The position numbers and the translations under genes were made by a program. Below, piece after piece: positions 29,872 to 40,784 of a stretch of 64,000 nt of DNA (position 1 is the first letter of the stretch; each line of letters opens with the position of its first letter). The notes under the pieces were generated by a model. The model saw only the letters and a program-made list of their open reading frames with translations. It made no database searches and was not told the DNA's origin. Origin of the DNA: an uncultured Flavobacteriaceae bacterium (lineage in GTDB: Bacteria; Bacteroidota; Bacteroidia; Flavobacteriales; Flavobacteriaceae); contig CAZAPO010000269.1 of NCBI GenBank assembly GCA_964487005.1, positions 5,612-69,611 on the forward strand. The letters run 5' to 3'.

Positions 29872-30624
29872 TTAAAGTCTTTTGATATCTGACCTAGGAA
29901 TCCAACCGGTCTTCCCGTCTGTAAGTTTAATTTTAGCCCAATCTTCATTATAAATTTCGAGGACTTGAACTTTGGTTCCTTCATGTAAAACAAAAGACAC
30001 CTCGCTTCTTAGATTAGGATCTGTTTTAACTTCTGATTCTTGTGCAAATACTATCGCTGGTTTATCCTTCTTATCGTAATCATACTTCTGAAAAGCAAAC
30101 ACCAATGAGACAAAGGCAAGTATAATTGCAATAGCGCTTATAACAAATGCCAATCGTTTCTTTGCAGTAGCCACAGAAAAATAGTATCCCAAAAACAAAA
30201 GCACGAATACCAAAACAAATACAATAGAGATTGTTGCCCATGTGTCAAAACTCAATACATTCACAAAACCTTTAAAGATTTTTGATAACCCAACTTCAGG
30301 AATGACCTCAATGGCATCAATTGTCATGTTTTGGGCAAACGACAAATTACTCTTTACTTCATTATCATTTGGCATTAGTTGTAAGGCCTTTTCGTAGTAA
30401 TAAATGCTTGGTGCAATTCTATTTAACTTATAATAAGCGTTTGCGAGGTTAAAATAGAGTTCTCCTGAGTGAATTCCATCAGCTAAAATACGTTCATAGG
30501 ACGTAATAGCTTCTTGATAATTTCCCTCATTATATGCTTTATTCCCAGCATCAAATAAGACTTCATTCTGTGCAAATGAAATTGTTGAAATAAACAATGC
30601 TAATATGTATGTTATTCGTTTCAT
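29872..30624 (-). CDS. batE: BatE (TPR + SH3)
   Basis: TPR YFNLANAYYK, 2 TM helices, LHEGTKV...GWI SH3b; last gene of the bat operon. Confidence 0.88.
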   Translation of the reverse strand: MKRITYILALFISTISFAQNEVLFDAGNKAYNEGNYQEAITSYERILADGIHSGELYFNLANAYYKLNRIAPSIYYYEKALQLMPNDNEVKSNLSFAQNMTIDAIEVIPEVGLSKIFKGFVNVLSFDTWATISIVFVLVFVLLFLGYYFSVATAKKRLAFVISAIAIILAFVSLVFAFQKYDYDKKDKPAIVFAQESEVKTDPNLRSEVSFVLHEGTKVQVLEIYNEDWAKIKLTDGKTGWIPRSDIKRL

Positions 30625-30629
30625 ATAAC

Positions 30630-32399
30630 CTAACGTACTTGTTTATCTATTGCAGAAATCACACGTGCTGCTTTATCATAATCTTGTTGCATCTCAACAT
30701 TTGAAAAAGGTGTGTATCTTGCCAATTCACAACTGGTAAGTAACTCTATAAAACTCTTAATGGTACTTTCATCAACTGCTTTACTAAGTAATAGTTCATT
30801 TATTTTATCCTTACTAAACTCACTAGTTTCTATTCGCAATTTTGATTTTAAGTAATTATGTAATGCTCTTTCCATAGCATTATAAAATACTTCCTTATTA
30901 CCCAAGGCTTTTTTGGCATCACCTAAGTACTTTCTTGCTAATCTATTTGCCGTTCTAATCTTATTGCCAATAATATCACTTTTGCGTTCATCACTTTTAC
31001 GTCTCACAAAAATCGCGATTGGAATTGCCAGAAATGGGGCAACAAAAAGACTCCAAAAAAGTTTTGTTTTAAAGAAATATGAAGGTTCTTGCGACACAAG
31101 CTTTGTTGAAGTTTTAAAAGATAAAAATTGATTGGCTCCTTGTGAAATAGGCTGTTTATTGGCTGCTGTATTATCTGTTGCCGCAGAACTGCTTGTTGTT
31201 GTATTAATTGGTCCTTCGGTAACGTCAATTACCAGCTCTTCAGAAGTGATAGTTCTATAACTTTTTGTTTCAAGATCAAAATAAGAGAATGAGACGCTTG
31301 GTATTGGATATTTACCCTGAAATGTTGGAACAATTGTATACGAATCTACAATACTCCCTTTCATACCTGAAAGATTAGTAGTTACATTTTCTTTGTGTTC
31401 TGGTTCATAAACTTCTAATGAACTTGGTAGGGTAAGTTTAGGCAAATCAAACAACTTCAAATTACCTTTTCCAGAAACTTCAACTCTCGCCTGCAAAGCC
31501 TCTGTTGCCTTTAATTCATCTTTGTTTGTTGTAACCTCAAAATTAAAACTTCCAACGGCACCCGAAAAATCTAATGGTCTACCTGCATCTGGTAACGGTT
31601 TAACGTTTATTGTTCTACTCCCTGCTGCCACAGTTCTATGTACCACTTGCATTTGCCTGTCTCCAAAAATGTTTCGCCTATTTGTTGGAACCCTAACCTT
31701 TACATCTAGAGTTAGCGGTTCAATATTTAACTTTCCTGTTTTTTGTGGATATAAAACCACTTTTCTTAACACCACATACCTATAGTCTTCGCCATTATAA
31801 GTACTATTAACAAGCTTTAATTCTTTTACATTAATATTTTGGCTCCAAAAATCGACGTATCGCGGGTTATCCAATTCCCTCCAAGTGTCTACTCCAGTAT
31901 TGGGGGATATATAAAGCTTATAAACTACGGTGATTGCTTCATTTAAGTAGGGATTTGTTTTTGAAACCTCGGCCACTAAATGAATATTTTGGGAAGCGAT
32001 ATAATTGGGGTCGTTAGGATCTTTTGGTTTATCGACGGCTGCCGTAACCTCTATTGACACTGGCAATGTTTTGTAAGTCTCACCATCAATCTCTATTGTT
32101 GATTGACCAATGGTGAATTTACCCCGTTTTTTAGGTGCTAAAAAATAACTGTAAGTCTTAGAATATGTTCTAACCCCATTAACCCAAGAATTATTTATAG
32201 ATTGACTAGGACCTCCAACGACCATGAAGTTTTCAAAGTTTGGCGGATTAAAATTATCACCATCTTTGTTCATCACAAAGTCTACACGTAAACGTTCGTT
32301 TACTCCTAATTTCTTCTTGCTAACTTTTGCTTCGAAAGTGACTTGAGCTGAAGCAAAACTTGTTATTAAAAAAGCAATTATGTACAGCTTCAATTTCAT
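30630..32399 (-). CDS. batD: BatD
   Basis: Signal peptide, GPSQS..NG, GAVG.F, GKGNL motifs. Confidence 0.88.
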   Translation of the reverse strand: MKLKLYIIAFLITSFASAQVTFEAKVSKKKLGVNERLRVDFVMNKDGDNFNPPNFENFMVVGGPSQSINNSWVNGVRTYSKTYSYFLAPKKRGKFTIGQSTIEIDGETYKTLPVSIEVTAAVDKPKDPNDPNYIASQNIHLVAEVSKTNPYLNEAITVVYKLYISPNTGVDTWRELDNPRYVDFWSQNINVKELKLVNSTYNGEDYRYVVLRKVVLYPQKTGKLNIEPLTLDVKVRVPTNRRNIFGDRQMQVVHRTVAAGSRTINVKPLPDAGRPLDFSGAVGSFNFEVTTNKDELKATEALQARVEVSGKGNLKLFDLPKLTLPSSLEVYEPEHKENVTTNLSGMKGSIVDSYTIVPTFQGKYPIPSVSFSYFDLETKSYRTITSEELVIDVTEGPINTTTSSSAATDNTAANKQPISQGANQFLSFKTSTKLVSQEPSYFFKTKLFWSLFVAPFLAIPIAIFVRRKSDERKSDIIGNKIRTANRLARKYLGDAKKALGNKEVFYNAMERALHNYLKSKLRIETSEFSKDKINELLLSKAVDESTIKSFIELLTSCELARYTPFSNVEMQQDYDKAARVISAIDKQVR

Positions 32400-32403
32400 T
32401 TCT

Positions 32404-33204
32404 CTACCAATCTTTTTCAGCTTTTACTTTTTTGCCAGTAGCCTTTTTAGCATTTATTTTTTGCTGAACTTTTTTCTCCTCATTGTTCATTGCTTCTAGC
32501 AAGTTTTTAACCTGCTGAGGAGAGAGCTTTCCTGGCTGTTGTTGTGGTTTTTGTTTTTTGTTTTTAGGGTCACCCTTTTTTTGATTGTCCTTTTCTTCAT
32601 TTGGTTTTCCATCTTCATCGTTTTGGTCATCCCCATCTTTCTTTTCCTGATCTCCTTCGTCTTTGTTATCTTCTTTCTGCTCTTCGTTCTCTTGCTTATC
32701 TTGATTCTTTTCCTCGTCTTTCTCTTCCTTGTCCTTCTTATCGTCTTGGTTTTGCTGCTCTTGCTGTTTAGCACATTCTTTAGCAACTACAAGGTTATAT
32801 CTTGTTTCTTCGTCTGATGGGTCGTTCCTTAATGCATTTTTAAACGCTTCTTCTGCTTCTTTACACATCTTCTGTTTCATAAATGCATTTCCAGCATTAT
32901 GAAAAGCTCTATGTCTTTCTAATTTTGTTGATGCTGTTTTGGCTGCCTCTAAATGACGCATTAAAGCTTCACTAAAATTACCCGTGTTATAATACGCATT
33001 ACCTAGATTATAAGCTCCGTTCACATTTGAAGGTTTTTTAGAAATTGCCTTTCTATACTCTTTTTCGGCTTCAATAAAATTGTTATCTACAACAGCGTTT
33101 CCTTCATATACATAATCGTTAGATTTTATTAAATCTTTATCCTTATCCTGAGCACTAGCAACGGAAATAAACAAACTAAATATGAAGAATAAAATACCTT
33201 TCAT
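32404..33204 (-). CDS. batC: BatC (TPR + charged low-complexity region)
   Basis: TPRs, ALRNDPSDEETRYNL, Q/K/D/E-rich linker, C-terminal EKDW; start probably ATG 33204. Confidence 0.85.
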   Translation of the reverse strand: MKGILFFIFSLFISVASAQDKDKDLIKSNDYVYEGNAVVDNNFIEAEKEYRKAISKKPSNVNGAYNLGNAYYNTGNFSEALMRHLEAAKTASTKLERHRAFHNAGNAFMKQKMCKEAEEAFKNALRNDPSDEETRYNLVVAKECAKQQEQQNQDDKKDKEEKDEEKNQDKQENEEQKEDNKDEGDQEKKDGDDQNDEDGKPNEEKDNQKKGDPKNKKQKPQQQPGKLSPQQVKNLLEAMNNEEKKVQQKINAKKATGKKVKAEKDW

Positions 33205-33248
33205 TACTGATTTAAAACCGAATAATACTAATTTTTCACTTGTAATCA

Positions 33249-34286
33249 TCATAAGTTTTCGTTAAATAAATTTAAACGACTTAACCATTCTGTCTTACGT
33301 TCTAGCAAGAAAATATCTATACATAAGAAAAATATCCCCAGCGCTAAGAACCATTGAAACTGGTCTTTATATTCGGCAAATTGCTTTGCTTCAAATTCTG
33401 TCTTATCCATCTTATTGAGAATATCTCTTATAGTTTCAACAACTTCATTGGTATTATTACCATGAATATATTCACCATTCGCTTCCTCGGCTATTTCAAT
33501 AAGTGTTTCTTCATTCAATTTGGTAATAACTGTCTCTCCTTGATTATCTTTTTTATAGTTTAATACTATGCCATTTCTTTTGATTGGTATTGGCGAACCC
33601 TTTTCTTCTCCAACCCCAATTGTGAAAATTTTAATTCCTTCGTCTGCGGCTTCTTCTGCTGCATCGGTGGCAATATTGTTATGATCTTCTCCATCAGATA
33701 TGATTATTAATACCCGATTAGTCTGCTCTTCGTCATTGTAATACGTTCTTGCCAATTGTATGGCTTCATCTATAGCCGTCCCTTGTGATGATAACATATC
33801 TGTATTCATGCTCTGCAAAAACATTTTTGCTGAAGCATAATCTGTAGTTATTGGCAATTGTGGAAATGCCTTTCCGGCATATGCAATTATACCAATTCTA
33901 TCGCTTGCTAAATTGTTAATTATTTGCGTTACCAGTTGTTTCGATTTTTCTAATCTATTAGGTGCTATATCTTCTGCAAGCATACTTTTTGAGACGTCAA
34001 CTGCAAATACAATGTCGACACCTTCTCTTTTCACCGTTTCTAATTTGGTTCCAATTTTTGGATTCACCATGGCTATTGCCAAACACCCAAATGCCAAACA
34101 TAGTACGATAAGCTTTAATACAGATTTAAAAATTGATCTATTAGGACTCAAACGCTTCAATAGACGCTCACTGGCAAACCTTTTTTGCACATGTCGCTTC
34201 CATAACTGTACCATTAAAAAAAGAATGATTATCACCGGAATGATGATTAAAGCCCAAAACCATATTTTTTCTTCTAACTGATACAT
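33249..34286 (-). CDS. batB: BatB VWA protein
   Basis: DVSKSMLAED MIDAS motif, ISDGEDH. Confidence 0.88.
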   Translation of the reverse strand: MYQLEEKIWFWALIIIPVIIILFLMVQLWKRHVQKRFASERLLKRLSPNRSIFKSVLKLIVLCLAFGCLAIAMVNPKIGTKLETVKREGVDIVFAVDVSKSMLAEDIAPNRLEKSKQLVTQIINNLASDRIGIIAYAGKAFPQLPITTDYASAKMFLQSMNTDMLSSQGTAIDEAIQLARTYYNDEEQTNRVLIIISDGEDHNNIATDAAEEAADEGIKIFTIGVGEEKGSPIPIKRNGIVLNYKKDNQGETVITKLNEETLIEIAEEANGEYIHGNNTNEVVETIRDILNKMDKTEFEAKQFAEYKDQFQWFLALGIFFLCIDIFLLERKTEWLSRLNLFNENL

Positions 34287-34288
34287 TC

Positions 34289-35293
34289 TTAAACGAAACT
34301 TCTAAATATTGTAAACTTTAGTAATAATTCTAGTAACAACAATAAACCGGCAATAATGACTAAAGAGCGGTATTTCTCTTCGTAATTATAAAACTTAAAT
34401 TCTTCTACCTCTGTTTTTTCTAGTTTGTCAATTTCGGTATATATTTCTTTGAGTTTTCTATTGTCGGTTGCTCTAAAATATTGCCCTCCAGTAACTTCTG
34501 CAATTTCTTGAAGTAACTCTTCATCAATTTCTACCTGCACTCTTCCATACTGAAATTCGCCACTTTGTGAAAATGCAATAGGAGATAAAGCCATTCCATT
34601 GGTCCCCAACCCAATTGTATACGTTTTGATTCCATACTCTAACGCCAGTTCACTCGCTGTATTAGGATCAATGAAACCCGAGTTGTTTACCCCGTCGGTT
34701 AATAAAATTATAATCTTGCTCTTAGCCTTACTATCTTTTAATCTATTGACAGAGGTTGCTAACCCCATACCAATTGCGGTTCCTTGACCTATAATTGTAT
34801 TATATTTTATATCTCTTAAAGACCTTAAAACAATTGATTTATCGCTTGTAATTGGTGTTTTAGTATAACTTTCACCCGCATATTCTACCAATCCTATTCT
34901 ATCATTTGGTCTTCCCTGAATAAAATCTGCTGCAACTGTTTTTAAAGCTTCTAGACGATTTGGTTTTAAATCTTTAGCCAACATACTGGCAGAAACATCT
35001 ATAGCCATTACTATATCTATACCACGCGTTGTTTTTGTTCTTGTTGAAACATCTACTGTTTGTGGTCGTGCCAATGCTGTAATCAACAACGCCAATGCTA
35101 TAAGACGAAAAAGAAATAATATATGTTTAAACTTTGGTAGTATTGAGCTACCAATCTTAAATCCTTTTACGCTAGATATTTTGAACTCGGCTGTTTGTTT
35201 TTTGTGCTTAAAAATATACCAAAGAATAGCCAGGGGCAATATTAATAGTGCCCAGAATAATTGCTTATTTAAAAATTCTATCCCTTCAAACAT
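34289..35293 (-). CDS. batA: BatA VWA protein
   Basis: ALARPQ, DVSASM, GTAIGMG, LTDGVNN. Confidence 0.9.
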   Translation of the reverse strand: MFEGIEFLNKQLFWALLILPLAILWYIFKHKKQTAEFKISSVKGFKIGSSILPKFKHILFLFRLIALALLITALARPQTVDVSTRTKTTRGIDIVMAIDVSASMLAKDLKPNRLEALKTVAADFIQGRPNDRIGLVEYAGESYTKTPITSDKSIVLRSLRDIKYNTIIGQGTAIGMGLATSVNRLKDSKAKSKIIILLTDGVNNSGFIDPNTASELALEYGIKTYTIGLGTNGMALSPIAFSQSGEFQYGRVQVEIDEELLQEIAEVTGGQYFRATDNRKLKEIYTEIDKLEKTEVEEFKFYNYEEKYRSLVIIAGLLLLLELLLKFTIFRSFV

Positions 35294-37012
35294 CTATTCT
35301 TCGTCTTGTAGTTTTATGAGTTCTATTGAGTTTAAGACCCTATCCATGATCTGGTTTGCATATACATCATCTTTATTCCATAACAATACCACTTCTTGCA
35401 GTAATCTTTCGGTTGTAAAGCCTAAGATTATATATTCTCCTTTCTCTCTATTTCCTTTTTCGTCTGTAAAATCTGCGGTGCCAAAAGTCTTAAGTCCTTC
35501 TTGCCCGTTTGGCGTAATAAATTGTTCGTTCTTGGTAATTATATTCTCTGCTCCTAAACTTTCTAATGAATTAAGTCTAGCCTCTGCACGCCTAATCAAT
35601 CTCCTCCCACTTTCTTCTTCTGGTGATGTTTCTTGTTCATTTGCGCCGCCTTGAGGTTCGGTTTCAGGAAGTTTTGTTGATGTCACAACTATTTCTAATC
35701 CTGAAAATATACTTCCATATTTAAAATTTGCGACCTCTATTTGTCCCTTTAAATTTTCTGGTATTGCTACTTCGTATCGTTCAAGTACTTTAGGTGTTGT
35801 AATTATTACTCCTGGTGCTCCATATTCACTAGACACCCATTCTTTTTCTTCTAAAAGTTCTTTACTTGGGTGGCCAAAAATACTGTCTTTTACGTAACGC
35901 AACCCATAATGTGCACTAAACCCAACGAATGTTCCTATGAGTAATACTACCGAAATTACAACCGTAATAACTACTTTTTTACGTTTCTTCCTTTCGGCTA
36001 ACTCTTCCTGATATTTTAAATCGGCTAATAGCTCTTCTTCTGTTGGTTCTGGTAGCGCTTCTTTTACATGGTCAATCTCTACATCAATTGTTTGTCTATC
36101 TAATTGCGCTAAAGCAATATCTGGCTTAGATTTAGCAAATTTTACCAAATCGGCACGCCTAAGAATTGTGTCTATATTTTTAATATCATCTTTGCTTAAA
36201 TCAATTTGATTGCCATCACTCAAAAGGTGTAGCCTACTAATTAATTCTTCGGTAGTGCTTTCTAACGCACGATCATATACTTTTTCGTCTAAATAGGTTC
36301 TAATTATCCCTGTCAATTCTGAGTAATAGGCCTTTAATTCGCTATTTTCTAGATACGATGTTTTATCTAATTCAACAAGTGCAAGTTTGGCTCTTTCATA
36401 TGGAGGTAGTAACGCTACCTTTTCTTCTTGAGACAATGGTTTTTCTCTCCAAATAAACCAATACAACAGAAATGCAACCAACCCTAGTGCTAAAAGCACA
36501 AGCAACAAATACAACCACCATTTACCAGCACTTTTATCAACTTCGGTAAGTGGTTTAATATCATAAAGTGGTTGCTTGGTAGTATCTACTGCAATACTTC
36601 GAATTTCTACTTGTACTGAATCTGTAAAAAACTCATAATCACCTATCAAGATTTTCTGCCTCGGAATAGTGTATGATCCTGAATCAAACTGTGTGAGCCC
36701 ATATTTTTTTATGAGTCTAAATCTATCGTCCATTTTGGTGGCGTCTACCTTGTAAGACTCTATCATCTCTAACGGAAGAAATGTTTGCCCTTCTGGAAAA
36801 ACTACTAAACTTGAAGTGTCAACCTCAACCTCGATTTCATAGGTTATTTGTTGGCCTATTTTAACTGATGTCGAGTCAATTGATGACTTTATTTTTTGTG
36901 CATTTATACTCAAAGAGGTTAATGCGAAAAATAAAAAGAACAGCAATCTGGTACGAAAACCCAGAACGGCATCGAAACTCAAAATTCTATTTAAGAAATT
37001 ACAATCCTTCAT
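35294..37012 (-). CDS. Bat-operon membrane protein (BatD-like/DUF4381-like N-terminus)
   Basis: Ig-like N-terminus, YDIKP then a TM helix, ADLVKFAK, second TM and C-terminal extension. Confidence 0.75.
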   Translation of the reverse strand: MKDCNFLNRILSFDAVLGFRTRLLFFLFFALTSLSINAQKIKSSIDSTSVKIGQQITYEIEVEVDTSSLVVFPEGQTFLPLEMIESYKVDATKMDDRFRLIKKYGLTQFDSGSYTIPRQKILIGDYEFFTDSVQVEIRSIAVDTTKQPLYDIKPLTEVDKSAGKWWLYLLLVLLALGLVAFLLYWFIWREKPLSQEEKVALLPPYERAKLALVELDKTSYLENSELKAYYSELTGIIRTYLDEKVYDRALESTTEELISRLHLLSDGNQIDLSKDDIKNIDTILRRADLVKFAKSKPDIALAQLDRQTIDVEIDHVKEALPEPTEEELLADLKYQEELAERKKRKKVVITVVISVVLLIGTFVGFSAHYGLRYVKDSIFGHPSKELLEEKEWVSSEYGAPGVIITTPKVLERYEVAIPENLKGQIEVANFKYGSIFSGLEIVVTSTKLPETEPQGGANEQETSPEEESGRRLIRRAEARLNSLESLGAENIITKNEQFITPNGQEGLKTFGTADFTDEKGNREKGEYIILGFTTERLLQEVVLLWNKDDVYANQIMDRVLNSIELIKLQDEE

Positions 37013-37021
37013 TATAAAATA

Positions 37022-37888
37022 CTATCCTCTTCTTTTAAAATAACCTAACAACTTCTTTACATAACTGTCGTCTGTGCGGCAATTAATAATTCCCGCTCCA
37101 GATTTATTGAAACTATCTTTAAAATAGTCTACTCTATCTTTATAATATTTACCGTAGTTAAGACGTACTTTTTTTGATGCCGTATTGACTAATAATAACT
37201 CACCTGATTCTTCATCCTGCATTTGTACCATTCCAAGATTTGGAATGGATTCCTCTCCTTTATCAAATACTCTAATTCCTGTCACATCATGTTTCCCCGA
37301 AACGATCTTAAGGGTATGTTGATACTCATCTGTAATAAAATCGGAAAGCACAAAAACAATAGCTTTCTTTTTCATAACATTCGATAAAAACTTAAGTGCT
37401 TCTCCAAAATTTGTTTTTCTACTTTTTGGATGGAATTCTATGAGTTCTCTAATAATTCTTAAAACGTGTGAGCGCCCTTTTTTGGGAGGAATGTACAATT
37501 CTACTACATCTGAAAACAGAATGAGCCCAATCTTATCATTGTTTTGTGTAGCCGAAAATGCTAATGTCGCAGCAATCTCGGTTACAACTTCATTCTTAAA
37601 CTGTTCTACGGTTCCAAAAAGTTCTGATCCTGAGACATCAACCATAAGCATCATTGTAAGTTCCCGCTCTTCCTCAAAAACTTTAATAAAAGGTTCATTA
37701 TATCTCGCTGTAACATTCCAATCAATATTTCGCACATCGTCCCCATATTGATATTGTCGCACTTCACTAAAAGTCATACCACGTCCTTTGAAAGTAGAAT
37801 GGTATTCTCCTCCAAAAATATGATCAGACAGCCTTCGTGTCTTAATCTCAATTTTTCGAACTTTTTTTAGTAACTCTTTAGTGTCCAT
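37022..37888 (-). CDS. DUF58 VWA-like protein
   Basis: FKGRGMTFSEVRQY..GDDVR.IDWNVTAR. Confidence 0.92.
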   Translation of the reverse strand: MDTKELLKKVRKIEIKTRRLSDHIFGGEYHSTFKGRGMTFSEVRQYQYGDDVRNIDWNVTARYNEPFIKVFEEERELTMMLMVDVSGSELFGTVEQFKNEVVTEIAATLAFSATQNNDKIGLILFSDVVELYIPPKKGRSHVLRIIRELIEFHPKSRKTNFGEALKFLSNVMKKKAIVFVLSDFITDEYQHTLKIVSGKHDVTGIRVFDKGEESIPNLGMVQMQDEESGELLLVNTASKKVRLNYGKYYKDRVDYFKDSFNKSGAGIINCRTDDSYVKKLLGYFKRRG

Positions 37889-37984
37889 TGTTCAGTAGGT
37901 AGTTAACTGTTGTGGTGTTAGTCACATGTTACATTGTTGATTTAAAACTTAAACTATGACTATAAACTGATTAATGAATACTGG

Positions 37985-38989
37985 TTAAGGCACTTCTATT
38001 TCATTAACTATTTTGTTAATGATATCCTCAGAAGTTACATTCTCGGCTTCGGCTTCATAGGTAATCCCTATTCTATGACGTAATACATCATGAACCACAG
38101 CTCTCACATCCTCTGGAATTACATATCCTCTACGTTTAATAAAGGCATAGCATTTAGCCGCTAATGATAAATTTATACTGCCACGTGGTGATGCCCCAAA
38201 TGAAATAAGTGGTTTAAGGTCTCCCAGTTTATATTTTTCTGGATATCTAGTGGCAAAGATGATGTCTAGAATATATTTCTCGATCTTCTCGTCCATATAA
38301 ACGTCCCTAACTGCTTTTTGCGCAGATAGTATTTGTGCTACTGAAACTACTGGATTTACTTTATCAAATTCACCCTTTAAATTAGCTCTAATAATTAATT
38401 GCTCTTCATCTAATTTTGGGTAATCAATCACCGTTTTTAACATAAATCGGTCAACCTGTGCCTCTGGTAATGGGTATGTTCCTTCCTGTTCAACTGGATT
38501 TTGAGTTGCCATAACTAAGAACGGACGATCTAGCACAAAGGTTTCATCTCCAATAGTAACTTGCTTTTCTTGCATTGCCTCTAGCAATGCAGATTGCACT
38601 TTTGCAGGTGCTCTGTTAATCTCATCTGCTAAAACAAAATTGGCAAATATGGGTCCTTTTTTTATAGAGAAATCATTTTCTTTAATGTTATATATCAGGG
38701 TTCCAATCACATCTGCAGGTAACAAATCTGGAGTAAACTGAATTCTACTAAAACTACCATCTACCGCCTGAGATAAGGTATTAATTGCTAGAGTTTTTGC
38801 CAATCCTGGAACTCCTTCTAATAATATATGCCCTTGACCCAGCAAGCCAATAAGCAATCGTTCAACCATATGTTTCTGGCCAACAATCACTTTATTCATT
38901 TCCATTGTTAGTAAATCAACAAAAGCACTTTCTTTTTCAATTTTCTCATTAATCGCTTTAATGTCAATTGTACTTGTATCTTCAGTCAT
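37985..38989 (-). CDS. moxR: MoxR family AAA+ ATPase
   Basis: GVPGLAKT, RIQFTPDLLPAD, DEINRAPAKVQSALLEAM. Confidence 0.95.
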   Translation of the reverse strand: MTEDTSTIDIKAINEKIEKESAFVDLLTMEMNKVIVGQKHMVERLLIGLLGQGHILLEGVPGLAKTLAINTLSQAVDGSFSRIQFTPDLLPADVIGTLIYNIKENDFSIKKGPIFANFVLADEINRAPAKVQSALLEAMQEKQVTIGDETFVLDRPFLVMATQNPVEQEGTYPLPEAQVDRFMLKTVIDYPKLDEEQLIIRANLKGEFDKVNPVVSVAQILSAQKAVRDVYMDEKIEKYILDIIFATRYPEKYKLGDLKPLISFGASPRGSINLSLAAKCYAFIKRRGYVIPEDVRAVVHDVLRHRIGITYEAEAENVTSEDIINKIVNEIEVP

Positions 38990-39151
38990 ATTGTTTTTTT
39001 TTGAAAGCGTGAATATAACGCACTTTTTTTAACACCGCAAATTGTTAAAATTATTCGGTAGCTGCTGTTAATAATTGGTTAAAAATTCCAGTGTTTATAG
39101 GCGATTTTAACGTTTTGTTTGTTATTTTTAACCAACAATCTACTCTAAACG

Positions 39152-40021
39152 ATGAATAATAAATTTTCTAGAATTATTTCCGGATGTATGTCATGGGGGA
39201 ATTGGGGCAGAAACCTCTCTTCTAAAGAAATGACTGACTTAATGCATCATTGCATTGAAAATGGATTAACCACTTTTGATCACGCCGACATTTATGGAGG
39301 TTACACAACAGAAAAAGCCTTTGGGAATGCCCTTGCTGCATCTTCAATTAAGCGAGAAAGCATACAACTCATTTCTAAATGTGGAATTCAGTTGCAAGCA
39401 GAGTCACGTAATAATAAAATAAATCATTACTGCTACTCTAAAGAGTACATTATTTGGTCTGTTGAAGAATCTCTGAGAAATTTTCAGACCGACTATTTAG
39501 ATGCCTTGCTTCTTCATAGGCCAAGTGCATTAATGCATCCACAGGAAGTGATGGAGGCCATTGCAAAATTAGCCCAAGAAGGTAAAATCAACGATTTTGG
39601 TGTTTCAAATTTCACGCCATCACAAATGGATCTCATTGCTAGTGAAGTGCCAGTAACTATAAATCAGATCGAGTTTTCAGCGACACAGCATAATGCCATG
39701 CATGACGGCACCCTTGATTATATTTTACAGCACAAAATTACACCTATGTCTTGGGCCCCTCTTGGTGTTGTTTTTAAAGAAGATACAGAACAAACACGAC
39801 GAATTCATAAGCAATTAGGTGATTTAATGGAAAAGTATAATGCCACAGAAGACCAGTTACTGTTAGCTTGGATTTTGAAACATCCTGCCGGTATTCATCC
39901 AGTGGTTGGTACGACGAATAAATCACGGCTTTCAAATGCCATAAAAGCCACTCAAATAGCTATTGAACTTGAAGATTGGTTTCTCATTTTAGTAGCTAGT
40001 CAGGGACATAACGTACCTTAA
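39152..40021 (+). CDS. Aldo/keto reductase (YdhF-like)
   Basis: FDHADIYG, SKCGI, LLHRP, GVSNF. Confidence 0.9.
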   Translation: MNNKFSRIISGCMSWGNWGRNLSSKEMTDLMHHCIENGLTTFDHADIYGGYTTEKAFGNALAASSIKRESIQLISKCGIQLQAESRNNKINHYCYSKEYIIWSVEESLRNFQTDYLDALLLHRPSALMHPQEVMEAIAKLAQEGKINDFGVSNFTPSQMDLIASEVPVTINQIEFSATQHNAMHDGTLDYILQHKITPMSWAPLGVVFKEDTEQTRRIHKQLGDLMEKYNATEDQLLLAWILKHPAGIHPVVGTTNKSRLSNAIKATQIAIELEDWFLILVASQGHNVP

Positions 40022-40031
40022 TTTAAATTTT

Positions 40032-40784
40032 ATGAAACAAACTGCTTTAATTACTGGAGCTACCAGTGGAATAGGTCGTGCAACTGCGCACGAATTTGCT
40101 AAACATGGCATCAACCTAATTCTATGTGGCCGTAGGCAAGACCGACTAGACATCGTGAAAAAAGCTCTTGAGCGTGAAACCAATGTACATACCTTAAATT
40201 TTGATGTTCGAGATAAAAATGCTGTTTTTGAAGCTATAAATTCTTTGCCAGAAGCATTTAATCGAATTGATATTTTAATAAATAATGCTGGAAATGCACA
40301 TGGATTAGATCCCATTCAAGATGGAACTTTAGAGGATTGGGATGCCATGATGGATATTAATGTTAAAGGCTTACTCTATGTGAGCAAGGCCATAATCCCA
40401 CAAATGACTGATCGTCATTCTGGTCATATTATCAATATTGGATCATCGGCAGGTAAGGAAGTATATCCTAAAGGAAATGTTTATTGTGCAAGTAAGCATG
40501 CGGTTATTGCAATTACCGATGGTATGCGCATTGATCTTAACCCATTTGGCATTAAAGTTACTGCCATTAATCCCGGGCTTGTTGAAACAGAATTCTCACA
40601 AGTACGCTTTAAAGGTGATCCCGTAGCAAATAATGTATACAAAGGCTATAAAGCGCTGCAAGCTGAAGACATTGCAGAAATCATCTACTTTGCTGTTTCG
40701 AGACCTGCTCATGTTAATATTGCCGATTTATTAGTTTTCCCAACAGCCCAGGCAAATAGCGTTACTGTAAAAAAGGAGTTGTAA
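40032..40784 (+). CDS. SDR oxidoreductase (YdfG-like)
   Basis: TGATSGIG, NNAG, YCASK. Confidence 0.92.
   Translation: MKQTALITGATSGIGRATAHEFAKHGINLILCGRRQDRLDIVKKALERETNVHTLNFDVRDKNAVFEAINSLPEAFNRIDILINNAGNAHGLDPIQDGTLEDWDAMMDINVKGLLYVSKAIIPQMTDRHSGHIINIGSSAGKEVYPKGNVYCASKHAVIAITDGMRIDLNPFGIKVTAINPGLVETEFSQVRFKGDPVANNVYKGYKALQAEDIAEIIYFAVSRPAHVNIADLLVFPTAQANSVTVKKEL

Noticed and set aside
29811-29993. 61-aa N-terminal extension of the 161-aa ORF in the track
   Set aside because: It overlaps batE in another frame and contains the -7 promoter box; ATG 29810 gives a proper N-terminal hydrophobic segment
32496-32817. Very hydrophobic 92-aa + strand ORF and basic 96-aa ORF
   Set aside because: Shadow frames of the K/E/D/Q low-complexity linker of batC
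37889-37984. Weak inverted repeat (TAGTCA...TGACTA) between moxR and the DUF58 gene
   Set aside because: Too short and AT-rich to support an element
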